Part shown: positions 10,932-25,000 of the stretch, piece after piece
How positions within the stretch are numbered: the stretch's first letter is position 1
Layout of the letters: every line of letters starts with the position of its first letter
DNA from: Pecten maximus
Lineage: Eukaryota
NCBI RefSeq assembly: GCF_902652985.1
Contig: NC_047024.1
Location: 41,850,001 to 41,914,000, forward strand
Reading direction: 5' to 3'
DNA: 64,000 nucleotides
Program-made: the position numbers and the translations under genes
The notes under the pieces: generated by a model
Told to the model about the DNA's origin: nothing
Databases searched by the model: none
The model's input: only the letters and a program-made list of their open reading frames with translations

Positions 10932-13900
10932 CAGCCACGGTTACAGACACAGACACCTGTTGCCTTGTCACATAGGGTGGTGTGATCGGCCACACAGTCA
11001 CATAGTCCAATGCAAGCTATTCCGTACGTATCATCTGTACAAACTGTCAAAAATCTAAATACTATGTTATAGAAAGTTATGCATAATTTATCCCAATCAA
11101 TTGTTTAGAGTTGATTCTACTTCGGAGATATATCGTTCTTTATGAGGAAACTGTTTTATTATAGTTGAAATTCCCTACAGTTAATATTCCTTTCGGTTTC
11201 GTGATAAGGCAACTGAAGTCGTTTGATAGTTGTATCTTTCCAAAACTTGTCACAAATGATATATTCTAAAAAAAAAAAGTACAAATATGTTATAGATTTC
11301 GAAAAAAAAAGACGGAAAGATCTACTTAGCAAAGGATATAATTTATTATCTAATGCATGGACTTTCGATAATAACGATAACAGGGTTATCTTAGTGGGCG
11401 CAGTTTCCAATTGAATAATAAGAATGGGATTAAAAGTTGTCATCTTGCCCGATATCAATAAAAAAAAATTGATCACTGACACATCTGATGACGTAGAAAT
11501 AGAATATGATCTAAATATTTCTCATTTCGATGATTGATAAAGAGTATTAATTGTACATGTACATATCGATGTATATATATCTTACCAGTATCGCAAGTAT
11601 CACCTATATATCCCGGCTGGCAAGTGCATGTCCCAGTCACGTGATTGCACACTTTGTAGGCGTTCGGCGGACATGAACATGATTGTAAACACTGGCTGCC
11701 GTATTTTAAAGGACTGCAGACTGAGAAGAAAACAAACCATAATGATGCATTACTGAAATACTGTTTTAATGTCACTATGTTGGGTGGTGCGTTGTAAGGA
11801 CACACATATATGCTGCTTATGTTCGTCCAGTCATGAGAACACGAGCTTTAATCCCACAGTTAACGAACACATCCTGGCATGGACGAAGTTATAAATCAGA
11901 CAATGTTTACAAGTATTTATAAGTTAATATACACGTATCGAAAACATATTTGATTTGATATAGATTATTAAAAGCCGACAGTGCACGTTAAAGAGGTTTC
12001 AAACTAATATTACAAATATCTTCTGGCCTTTGTTTGTAAGTAAGAAGAATGGGAGCATCTCGCAGACAACTACAATTTTATTTTGATTTTCAAACTGCAT
12101 TTTTTTTAAACTGCATTGTTAGCTTTTAATTATAGATTTTATATTTAAATTAGCACAATGTCATACAGAGAAACAAAAACGTAAATGTCCACCTTTGTCA
12201 CACAAGGGTTGATCGTATCCCACAACACATGTACAGTTTCCGGATACGTGGTCACATGAAATGGAATTATTCACGTGGTAGGTGCATTCAGACGTACATC
12301 CGGAACCATGAAAACCGATAGGACACACTAGATAAACATGAATTCACAAAAATATAAAACAAAAAGTGAAAATAAACATATGTACGTACTTTTACTTCAA
12401 CGCGGCCTACTTTTGTTTCATTCATGTCCAGACGGTAATTTATGGAAATGAAATAGTGGTCTTACATATATTTCGCTGAAATTTAAATGAAATGTAAAAA
12501 TGTATAATAGTATAAACATTCAACAATTCTGAAAATGCAGAAAGCGAACATTCATCTTATATAAATGCAATAATAGAAACAATCAATGTATTTCAAAAGA
12601 TAGTTCTGCACGGTCTGAATGCAATTTTGAAACCTGTTACGCTTTGTAACATTTCCGAAAATGATAACGTGTAATATCTTATTAATTATTTGAAATACCT
12701 AAGTAGGAGTGAGGAGAATACCTCAACTTTATATCTATCACAACTACATTCTCATATGTACATGGTTTTGGTTCGTAGCGTCTAATTTACAATAAGAGTA
12801 CAATTACCTTCAGTACAGTTTGCGCCTGTGTAACCCGGTTTACAAATACACGAGCCGCTGAAATTATATGCATCCGTATTGTTTTTGTCACATGTACATG
12901 AAGAGACACATCCAGGTCGGTAAGTCCAAAGCGGACAAGCTATGAAGGTAACCAAAAGTAATACGTCCCTGATTGCCGTTCATTTTGATATCACGTGATC
13001 AAATATATAAAAAGTATATAGTGTTATGTACATAATCATGACAAATTAAAATAAATGAATATAAATAAATTTGTCAATAACTTGCACAAGTATCTATCTC
13101 AAAACATCTTGAACACATACAGTATTCATTTAGCATCGTTGTGATGCATTTTAACGGTCATGATCAGTCAAAGCAAAACCGTTAAAGTAAAGGAAGGAGC
13201 GGGGGGTCTTTAGTAGAAATATAAACCAATCAAATGTTTTTGTTTGATGTAGGCAAAAGTGTTATCATCAAAAAATGTTTAGACAAAGATAAATGGACTG
13301 CAATATGGAGGTAACCATTTTCTGCTTTGAATTTATTCTTTTCTAACAATCAAATTCTATATAATATCATCAACTCTGAAGCTTACATCATGCGAACCAT
13401 TTCACCTATCAGATAGGCATATATGTCGCATAACTAATGATGTTAAATAAACTGAACACGTGTTCTTCAATAATAATGATGATTTAGCGTATATATTATC
13501 ACAAATGGGATAAATGGGTCAAACTGACTTCCTCGCTGTTTGTTCAACTCAAGAACATCTTACTTTCGTTAAAGGAAACCCCAGTGTAGTTTTGCATGCA
13601 TGAGCATGTTCCGTTCACATAATTGCACGTCAAAGTGTTGTTTTGGACACACTGACAGATCTGTTTGCATCCCGTGCCAAAGGTATTATTGGCGCAAGCT
13701 GAAGAAAACATTTAAGTTACCGTAAATGTCATTCAATATGCGGAACAATTTACAATGACCAACCATAGTTTTAATTGTCATTATGATATGCATTAAATAC
13801 TGATGTTAGTCAAATTCAAATTAAGAATGAGTCACAGTTGGGTTCATTGCAAAAGAAGAAAAGATAACTCCTCATTAGATGTGTTGACTTACCAGTTTCA

Positions 13901-16900
13901 CATTTAGCACCGATATATCCCGGTTTACAAGTACAGGTTCCGTCTACGTTGTTACAGTTTTCGGTATTAGCTTGTACACATGTACACTCACTTCCGCAAC
14001 CGGCCCCGTATTTCCAGGTACTACATGCTAGAATAATGAAATAGTTGGGTTAGAAAGATACAAATCAATCACAGTTTTATTAGATATTCCTATATTATCT
14101 TTATATGTGTGTGGTTTTCATGAGCATGACTCTTTTTGCAATGAGCTGTGGATTTCCCGTCCGTATTTTTTCATTTACTTGCATTAGACAATTATGAGGT
14201 TGTTTATCCCATGTATTTGGTTCAATAGGAAATGTATCGGTATTTCAGTACATATTATTAACAACGCTCAGTATTTGTATACCGCGATCCGATTGGTCGA
14301 CAGTTTCACACATTTTCCAGTCGAATATTTACGAATTTTCAGTTCCAAATATAAAACATACACAATGTTACAAATGAAGAGAAACCGCCAAAAATAGACA
14401 GAAATCGATACTAAAGATACGACTAAGCAATATGATGAATTTCTCGTTCCAAACCAAGTACTGCATACCTTTAATAAAAGTACTTTAGATGAAATAGGCA
14501 CAAAACAATCAATGATATGTACACCTGATTTGTTTGGCATTTACATAAATATATTAATACTTTTAAATGATACTTAATCTGAATATTGTGAAAATCGATA
14601 AATGGCGCATGACTATTTATCGGTGTCATGGTCTTAACATAGCTGACTAAATTCGCTGAAGAATAATCATTACATTATTTTCATATTGAACTAAATCGAT
14701 TATGGGGAGGCACTTTGTTTACAAATCTCTGGCATGTTCTGCTGAAGGTGTTTCGAACACAATATAAACCAAATGTATATGCATCTTCTATAACTGTTTC
14801 GGTACTTCTGTCTCTTAGGTTACCGCTGATTGACATATCAAACAAAGGCAATCGCGATTGATAGTTATGTTTTAGTGATGCATTCTTAGTGATAATGATA
14901 AAAACCTATCTAACTTACTATTTTCACAAAGAGCCCCTTCATAGCCTGCCATACATACACAAAGCTATTTAGAACTTGCTCCACATGTCTCGGTGTTGGC
15001 AGATGTACATGACTTGCATATCGCGTCAAGATTAGGAACTGTCGGCGGAATCCCATCACAATTCACTATGCATACTGTGGAACAAGACAAAATGATGGAT
15101 TGAGTATGATATCGTGATTATAACATCATGTTTACCACGTTCACTATCCTCGATCATGGATCATTATATATATGTCAATGTAAGAAACAGTTTATAAAAA
15201 AGCAATATTAAAAACGATGCCAATGTACCCGATGCTTATGCTGTAAACATTTTCATAAAAATTACCGATACAAAAAGGATGAACTCTTTCGAATGATTGC
15301 ATTCATAACTGATATCTTGGCTGTGTTTGGTAACCGAATCATCCAACATGACAGTTATTACTATTTATGTAGCGAAGACATAATATCGTTAAAAATAGAC
15401 CATGTTGATTTAATATACAAGTACAGTGTGTAACCTGTAGAATTTTAAATCTAGGACTATACAGGCTGATAAAGATCCTCAGCTCAACTCGATTTATATT
15501 CACGAGGTAAGTAGTAGGTACAGCTAAACACAAGCTGTATAGTAATGATGATTAATTCAAAGTGTGAATTTTCCATTTCTAAATAGTAACTTCCCGCTTC
15601 ATCTTCCTACTGTAATCCAGTTGATTTTATAATCAAGGGCATGGCCATTAGCTATACATGATGTTATAGAACTTCTATAATAAAAATAATAATGTCATTA
15701 AATAATAATCAAAATCCAGTAATTATATTCATAAATTAACGTGACTAATTGTAAATACATTTAGACGTTGGGATACATACCTATACCACCGGAATCAATG
15801 ATTGGGACAGGGGCTATAACAGAATCATGAAATACCTACGTAATCTTACTTTGCGTAATATCGTTTAATATACAAAGCATCAATATTTGATTGATTCAAA
15901 GATTGCGCATATCTAATTGACAGAATATTATCGACCTTTAATTTCCTATCATAATTATATATCATTATTTTAAACATCTTCCTTTGCAGCTTAGTAAGCT
16001 CTAACTGCGAATAAATTAGCGTATACGCTGTGCAAAAAAAAAGGCTCAGCAAAATAATAAACGCGGGAATCGGTAACATAAGTATTGCATCGTCTATTTG
16101 TGACGCTACCGGAACGTCAACACGACGACGCCATTTTGATCTGACTGATCAAAGCAATGTTAGCTCCTGTTACCTGATTATCTCACAAAAAGATAATGTC
16201 AAGTGAGTATTTTGTCAAAAATTAAACTGAATATTGCAGAAATGGGTGAATATTGAACTTCTCCACGATGTAAACTAACAACAAATGGCTGAAGCGCACA
16301 GTTCTTAGAGAACACGTGACCACGTCACTATAAAACCTGTCAATATACGCTGTGTTTGACAACCATTGTTAATCTGAGACGGAAATTGTGGATTGTTGAT
16401 TGGGAATATGTCTGTTAATTAAAAACGTATTATTCAAAAATGTTGAGTTATTTCTTTTAATTGTGTTAGCATTACTAATGACTTCACATTGATTCCTTGG
16501 AACTCTTTTATCTTAGCCACCATGGTTGCCGTAGTTATCAACGCCGCAACATCGCTAACGAGCTAACAAAAGAAAATGTTCGTTGCTTCCTACTCTGTCA
16601 AAATTAGGTTTAATAATTAAACAATGTATACTAGTCTAATATGTCGTATAGTACATAGTTATAGTCCAGTGGTATGATAAAGATGAATACTTACATTTCC
16701 CAATCCAATCAAATCTGCATATATAATATAATCTAATTTATAACATTATTTGTATACAATTTAGATATTTTACAATTTCTATTATATTACCGTTATCAGC
16801 CGAAGGAATCGCGGGTGCCTCTCCTACAAATCAAATAGAAATTCAAATGTTTATTAGCAAACAAAACATACTTGGCAGACGAAACAACAATAACAACCAG

Positions 16901-19341
16901 AACATAAAGAGGCGTTTTTATTAATAAAATATCCAATTACCCTGCATTATGCATCCTATTACTCGGATATATTAAAGTACATATGGGAATACATTACTCA
17001 CATGTTGTTCCTCTCCAACCAGATGTACAGCGACAATGCCCAGTCACGTGATCACAAAACAGAGAGTTTGAACGTATACAGTTACATTGTTGTTTGCACA
17101 TAGCGCCATAAGTCCAGTTAGAACATGCTGCGGACATAAAGAAATATATCTTCAATCTAAAATCGCATGATGTGAAACTGATTCTAAATCTATTCCTTAA
17201 TATGCAGTTCTTGTATATAAAGAAAGCATTTGATGTAAAACATAATCAGGAAAGAAAGAAATGCATTCTATATATTGATATTACCGTCTGAAGAATGGTC
17301 TCTTCCTTTGAATGTCTGACGTAAATCGACAAAAATAAAATTGTATTTCAATATTATATTATTGGACAGTATTTGAAGATCATCTTACAATACTTTTAAT
17401 CTAGAATGGTAGATCAAGTCGTTCCTTTGAAATAGACCTAATCTAGTTTTGCATTTTGACCATGCTTCTCCTCTTTTACGTATATATGTTCCTGTTTGAG
17501 AAACACGTTCGTATCCGATATTTGCGATGCCCATTGATCATTTGTACTTTATCTACAGACTTATTTCTTTGTGAGACATTGTTGTCCAGTAAAGCTGCAT
17601 TTTTGATAGCAAACATATTTAGAACACCGTTACATTACGTTCGGACGCATGTATTAAAAGGGAGGAGCATGCACTTATTTACATTATGCATAAATGGATG
17701 TCTGTGACGTTTTAAATTATTGTTTTTATGTACGCAGTTTATTTTTTTCTGAGGAGTTAACAAGACCATTAAACATTATTATTTTTTTGTATCACAATCA
17801 AACAATTGTTGAATCATTAAATTGCAATTCAGTTATAGTTTACAATATCAAAATCACTGTTTTCAAATATTCGAGGTCAAATTTTGAGAGTGATACGTTG
17901 TTTCTGTTTGTTTACGATACGTATAAATGACGTTTATTCAAGTTTACATTACCCAGTGGTTTATATGTATTTACCTTCACAAAGCATTTCCTTTCCTTGC
18001 TGTCGATATCCGGAAGGACAGTTGAATTCCATCGAACTTACAGGAAATATATCACTGCTAGAACGATCAAAAAGGTAAACAATTACTACACGGGTGAATA
18101 CTTTATCGTAATAATAAAATATGGCGGTCAAAACGGTCCAGAGTGTGAACTGGTTTCTATTCCAACATTCAGAGGACGAAGTGACCCCCATGTGTAACCT
18201 GTGGTGAAATGCCGATTATTAATATACAAAACTGACAATAGATTGGTGTCACGAAACTAGACAAAGGAATGAAATCATCATTATATTTGTACAAATAGAT
18301 ACAGTTTACACCACACGTGGTGGTAATTATTAATTCCTTTCGGTTGAATCATAGGGTATAAATCTGTTATTATAATTTTGTTATGACTTTATAACAAATT
18401 GTCATATTTCCACACATTTCTGAAACCATCAGTTTTGTATATTATTAACGTATTTCACTTTAGGTCATATATTTGCACTCCAACTATGAAAAGAACACGC
18501 GTTAGGATGTCAATGTATCATCAAAATATTTCCCTAATGTGGTAAAAAAACAGGTAAAACAATATCGTGGTTGTTGAATATATTGCTCTTACCCTCGGTA
18601 GTTTTGTTTAACCGTTGGTGATCGTGTTTTATTTATAACATTTAAAAAAAAACTACTTTGGTTATATTAATATCATATTCAATGACCCCGAAGAGGTGTT
18701 GGAATTATTATGTATAAGTCCTAATTGATTTTCAAAACATTCGAAATATTCAAGAATATGCCAGCCCATGGTTGTTAGGCGTTTTTCATGTATGCAGTTG
18801 TGCATTTCATAAAACAATCACTGACTATATACACGCATGTATATATATGTACGTGACGAGCTACTCTTTGCTTCAACCAAATAGTAGAGTGTTGAGAGGG
18901 GGAAACATTCACAAATTATGTTCGAAACAAATTTAATTTTCTATCTTTGATAATTTTAATCAGGATTATAAAAAAGCATAGCAAGTTATAATATTACAAA
19001 CATCAAACTAGTATATACATTGTTTATAGAAATTATTATTAAAAGCAAATATTCTTTAAAACCTACACTGGTCAGATAATTTTCAAAGTATGAAGGGATG
19101 AATTAAACAAAGGCATTATCTGATTAACCTTACACACATATATATACCATAAAGTCAGAAATGATCCAGGAAATAACGATATACTAAAACTTCTTATTAC
19201 AGCTCACAGAGACCTGGCACGGTGTATGCATTACCTCACATCCTGTTTATGTGCTGAAGAGAAATTGAAAGCCAGTACAAATAGTATCCAAATAACATTA
19301 ATTATGTTATCATTTAAAATACATATCCCTGGAACGACCAT
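10909..19341 (-). pseudogene. Gene B: multi-EGF receptor paralog, probable pseudogene with no TM or tail exons found
   Basis: Exons: 19235-19341 (signal peptide MVVPGICILNDNIINVIWILFVLAFNFSSA), 17975-18057 (CPSGY), ~16999-17128, 16791-16823, 15781-15813, 14919-15074, 13893-14027, 13564-13698, 12808-12939, 12193-12327, 11586-11720, 10909-11043. Lesions: in-frame TAG at 14965-14967, TAA just after the last Cys-Glu of exon 3, and three conserved Cys lost (C>F, C>Y, C>Y). Confidence 0.75.
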
Positions 19342-21629
19342 ATAACATTCATACAGAGTATACAAAGCGTACATAATCTCAATGCATGTGTAATTTCCGT
19401 TGATATTGTTAGAACGCCTACGTCCTGCATCCTGATACAGGCCAACAAGCATGTGTACTGAAACATAATTCTAACAAATATATGTGTGCAATTGCGATTT
19501 TGTTGTGTTTGTATCTATTTTTAAATCAGATTAATTTCAAGATAGATATTTTTTTATAATACCAAAATAAGATGAATATAAAACACATGTATATAGTCAC
19601 ATGGCTTTGTGACTTTTATTAAGTGGTCAGAGGTATATAAAAACACCAAGGACACAACACACCATTAAACACCATTATCTTACCATTATTTGATTTATAA
19701 TGTATCCCCTAGGGACAGCTAACAACTCGATAAACAATACGTGATAGCCCTAGGTAACAATCTCTGCTTCTGTGAAATGTTGAAACTTATAATCGGTATC
19801 AATGGACTAATTGTAATAAAACAGTTTTGAGAACAAGTGCCATTTGAAGACGTAAAAATTACACCAAATATTTGTTTTGGAGCGATATGTATTGACAAAG
19901 ATCATGAGACCGTGTTCAGATCGTACTCAGGTCTGCTTGTGAAAAAGTCTTTATCTTTGTGACTTTGCAACCAATTTTTGTATTATTTTGATGATCTGGC
20001 TCGCTTGGCGATGACCTAAATTTCCATGGCTACCTTCGTCATTGAAGAAATAGACGTTAGTCCTCCAAGACCATATGATCTTATTTTTGTCTTTACTTGT
20101 GCAAAGGGCTGCCATTAAAAGCTGTATTTGTGCATATTTTGCCTCGAGGTATCTATTTAGAATTCGAAATACAATTTCGTTTTAGAGGCATTCTGTGCTT
20201 GCTTAAAGTCTTTCACCTTGAAAACGTATTTCAACTATTTTATCTGTTCGATATATTTTAATTTAGTGGCAGTACGGGTGAAATAGCAATAAAGAAAACA
20301 TGGATGCTCGATTGCCAAGCAATTCATTACATTTTGTATGAAGAAACACGAAACCAAAATCCATTTCAAATAAACATAAATTATCATTGTCAAAGTTCCT
20401 GACTTACCTTTACATACCTACAAATAGAACAAAGTGTTATTTGTAGAAAATATTAATTTCATTTATTTCTCAATATATATTGGGTACAATAATATGTGAT
20501 ATGATCTCAATGATTGACAACTCTTGAAGGCCGCAAATAGCAGCGCTGTGCAGAAATCAAAATTAGTATTATAATATTACTAAATATCGGAAACCTAATC
20601 ATATGTTACTATTGGTATACCAATGGTGTAACTAAAGACATTGAAGTCGTATTAACCACCATATGTTCATGCATATGTTTTACTAGTATATATGATACGC
20701 AACATTTTAGTACTGATTCTACTACATACTGTGTATAAAAGGAGGAAAGAAAATCAACGGAGAAAAGTATTGAGACGAACTTCATTATTCGATCACCAGA
20801 TAATATAAGATAGTATAGACAATATTAAGATATTATTTCTGAAGAACCCCAAATTCAAGTTACTACTCCGTTTAATATATAATTAATGATGAATTATTCT
20901 AGACTGGTAAATGCATCAAGCTTATACGTGAATTTTAAACAAATTCCCTCAAACGTATTTGTGTGCATAGTTATAGAACACGTGCAAACGAAACACAAAT
21001 ACCTCGATCGCAAATAAAACCCCACGTGAACTGTTTATGTATTGAAATCGCGAAAATGACCCCTTGCAAATAACTCTGTTTGCAGTATCATCGTCATGTA
21101 CATGTTTCTATTCACAAGGCCGTATTTATTACATTATACAAATTAAACAAAAATGACACTACAATAGCCAATTATAGAAATGTCATAATGAATTGATTCT
21201 CATTTAGTATGATCCCTAATTTGACATATTCACTACACGAACAAGTTTCTTTCACCACCACTTATACATGTATTTATAAGTAATATTTGAATTTTATCAT
21301 AGTGCAAATATTTACGTAACTCCTACGTTGCTTTTGCAGCAAACAGTGTAGCACATCATTAATTCTTATTTCTCCATTCACATACTGGGAACAAATCATC
21401 CAATCATCTAATACAGCAAGGACACTGTGTAGACAATAATATATTTGAATATTTTCCTACATTGTTGTATGTTTTATTATGTACATAAAAAAGTAACATA
21501 CGTAGCAGTTCGTTTAGCAAAGAAAATATTCTGATGATATGAATATCATTGATGTGGCAAATTTTAATTGCATGTGAATGACTGCATCATAAGCATTTTG
21601 AATCACGTCAGAGGTGCAAGGATAATATA

Positions 21630-22078
21630 CTAATCCAAATCAGCGTAAGTTTCCGAGACGCCTCTTCCTCCCAAACTCTCGTATTCTTCTTGTATACCAG
21701 CGTTTCCATACACTGGCTGTGCTTTAGTCTGCTGTACTGGGGGAAGTGGTAGCGGTGTTTTTGCAATTTTCGGATTTATTCTTGGACTCGAAGTAGCGGA
21801 ATTGGAACTGTAATTTTGATAAGTGGTCGCTGAAACATCCCCTTTTGGTTTGAGATCTTTACCGGCGTTACCAGCCGCTGCAGCAGAAATACCGTCTGTG
21901 TAGTAATACTCGTCCCCACTTGTGGGAACAGGTGGTGCCACCTGTGAACCATTCCCCGCCGGTGTGGACGAGTTGTTCAAAGTATCTCGGCCATAATATA
22001 CCCCGTCTTTATCATTCGGTAAGCCCTTTGCTGTAGGTGTCTTTTGATATCCTGTAGCTTTCGCGGCAACCCCTCCAG
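21630..22078 (-). CDS. Gene C terminal exon: cytoplasmic tail with YxN sites, a Pro-rich segment and YESL-x8-YADL
   Basis: ORF 21630-22094; acceptor AG at 22079-22080; phase matches the previous exon. Confidence 0.88.
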
Positions 22079-25000
22079 CTAAACAATGAATCAAAACCGT
22101 AGATTCATGATTATGACATGTACTATTTCATAAATAATAAAATTGCAGAATTGTTTTTCAAAAGGGTTCAAACTCAATTTTAAAACATGTTTTCACTATA
22201 TTGTTATAAACATATATATATTTTTTGTAAAATAATTACAAATGCATTGTAACATATACAGACAGTGTTTGAACAAAACAGTATCAATAAAAAACAAAAA
22301 GAAAGAAAAAGATAAAAGTTTCAAGATAAGCAGATGAAGCATAGCTAAATCGCCATCTTACGTCGAATATGATTGTTTTAATTGACGTTTAAGAGATTAT
22401 GTTACTACCTATAGGAGGCGCAGGTGCTTCGGGTACCTCAGAAAGCTCAATGAAATCTTTCTTTCGTCGAGACCGAGATTTCACCTCATGGCAGGAACAT
22501 CTATAATAAATACAAACAAGACTTTGTTTGAACAAAGGTGAATACGATTTTGCAATAGCTTTAACAAATGATATACAAATTCAATTACATAAATAAATAA
22601 ATACTTAGTATGCCAGAATATGAGAATGAGAATCATTGTTAGGTTTCAAGCTCTAAGCTAACTCTTGTTGTTCGCAATGATTTCTTCCTATTACAAAACA
22701 AAACTGCAGAGCGTATGCTATAAAACTGGCCTACCTGCACGCGCACCACAGAACGACAGCTATGATTACCACTAGGACAAATGCAGCCAGGAATCCTAGA
22801 ATACCAACCAGGGCCGGACTGCTAACCAAGGCAAATGCAGCAGCTAGGGACAGAAAGGCAAGCAAAACTATTGTTTTATGAGTTTATGTGATTCTAGGAA
22901 TATTTGTACTTATGTTATGAAGGCCATGCATGCTTTGGCACATTTGTACTGTGTTGACAAGGCAATGGGAAATGACTTCAATCAAAATTTATATGCATGT
23001 ATTATATTTGTTGATATAGAAGAAATACGGGCATTCGATGCTTGCAATGTCAGAGTATGACTTAAAATATATAATAATTTCTAGGTTTAATTACAGAATA
23101 AACTGAAGAGCAAAACATCTCTACTTGAACTTCCACATGTTCTTTCCCGTATGACACATGGTACCTTACCTAAAGCTTATTCAAAATATCCTTCAAATAC
23201 AATGTAGCATCCCTGGTGCCGTTTTGAAAATATAGAGTCACCTATCACAAAACCTGTATCATACCTCGCCAGCTACTGTTACATACATAGTCACGTGTAA
23301 CATTATCTTTATGACATCTGGTAGGTGTCTCACCACACAATGTTGCCCACACATGCTTTTGTCACCTTACCTGTATCACACCTAGTGCCCTCCCAGCCAC
23401 TGTTGCATGCACAGGCACCCGAAACCTTGTCACATAGGTTTGTGTGTTGAGCATCACAATCACAAATCCCAATACATGCTATTCCAAATGTATTGTCCGC
23501 ACAAACTGTCAAAAATAAAAGCAAGCTAACATTTTACCACATAACCTTTATGGTGGTAATAAGCCTTTTTAGCATCTTATCAGCTTTTGCTGTTAGTAAT
23601 TAAAACTGATGAAAATATCGTTAATGTTGCGCCTGAATTACTTTTGTGCAGTAGGTTTTTAAAATGTATGCCAAAATGAAGATTATATGAGATTTTGTGC
23701 CTACAAGTAAAGAAAGCAACGCCGAAATGGACGGGAAAATGATATTTCGTACACAAATACGGACGGTAATTAGTGATACTTCGGGTCAAACTGAGAGTTT
23801 TTACGATTATGATACATAAAACACTTTAGTTTCGATTGGAAGTAAAACTGCCGTATTAATTTAAAGATTGAAAAATTTACATCTTGGGAATAATACACAT
23901 TTCCCATTCAGTTTCAGCATTATATACTTTATTCAAATGAAGGAATTACCTTATAAAGAAGCATTCTTGTCAATGTTTCGATCTTGTGTTCCCTTCGTTT
24001 TTTTAATCGGTTGTAAGTTGTTGTTTTTTGTTTTTGTTATCGATTATCCGTTTGTGTATATAACTCACCACTATCACAGGTGTCACCGACATATCCCGGA
24101 CTACACGTGCACGCCCCTGTCACGTGATTACACACTGGGTATGCATTGGAGGGACAGGAACATGATTGTGAGCACTTATCACCGAACTTCAAAAGGCTGC
24201 AGACTAAATCAATCAAATATTTAATTTAGAGGGTCTAAGGTATCATTAAATTTCATCTTTTAAAGGTTCAAAAGTTTTTAAGCTTAATGAAGTAAATGGA
24301 GATATCATAACAAAATATATTTAGATCACTTCGTTTCAAATAATCTACATATGATATGATAAATAGCATGTTTTTATTAATATGTTGAAATATTTGTTTT
24401 TCTGAATTAAAGCGTTTTTACATGTTTAATATTATTTAATGAAAAATTTAAAAGGTATCTTCACATCAAAGGACATTGAAAAAAAATACTTGAGTGTACT
24501 CGTGAAATGAGGGAATTGGAATAGCAAATATCACCTTGTGTGCAGTCTGGTTGATCATATCCGACTGCGCATGTGCAATATCCGGTCACATGGTCACATG
24601 CTATTGTATTATTTAAATGACAGTCACAAACAGATGAACATCCATCTCCGTAAAAACCGGAAGGACACGCTAGGTAAAATAAATCATTTAGATATATGCC
24701 CATATGATATCGAAGTAGAAAACAGTTTTATACTCAAAAGAGATTCTAGCAGAATTTTATTCTCGTAGTTATTAAAGAAATATTGCATTTAAATCGAGTA
24801 AAATGTTTATAAAAAATGAAGGCAATGATGTAAATATGTCGAAAATGAAAATTTCAGCATAGAAGAACATGCTCATGACATAACCCCATGGATCAAATGT
24901 AACCATATCCCACAATACATAGAGGATATCTAACAGTGTCTTCAGTAATACACAATATATTTCACGAGTGGAGCTAGTATTTTGATATTTTTCACGAGTG

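Noticed and set aside
10525-11058. Overlapping 122-177 aa plus-strand ORFs, and a CRISPR-like look
   Set aside because: Products of the 34-bp minisatellite; units are contiguous with no unique spacers, no cas genes, eukaryotic context.
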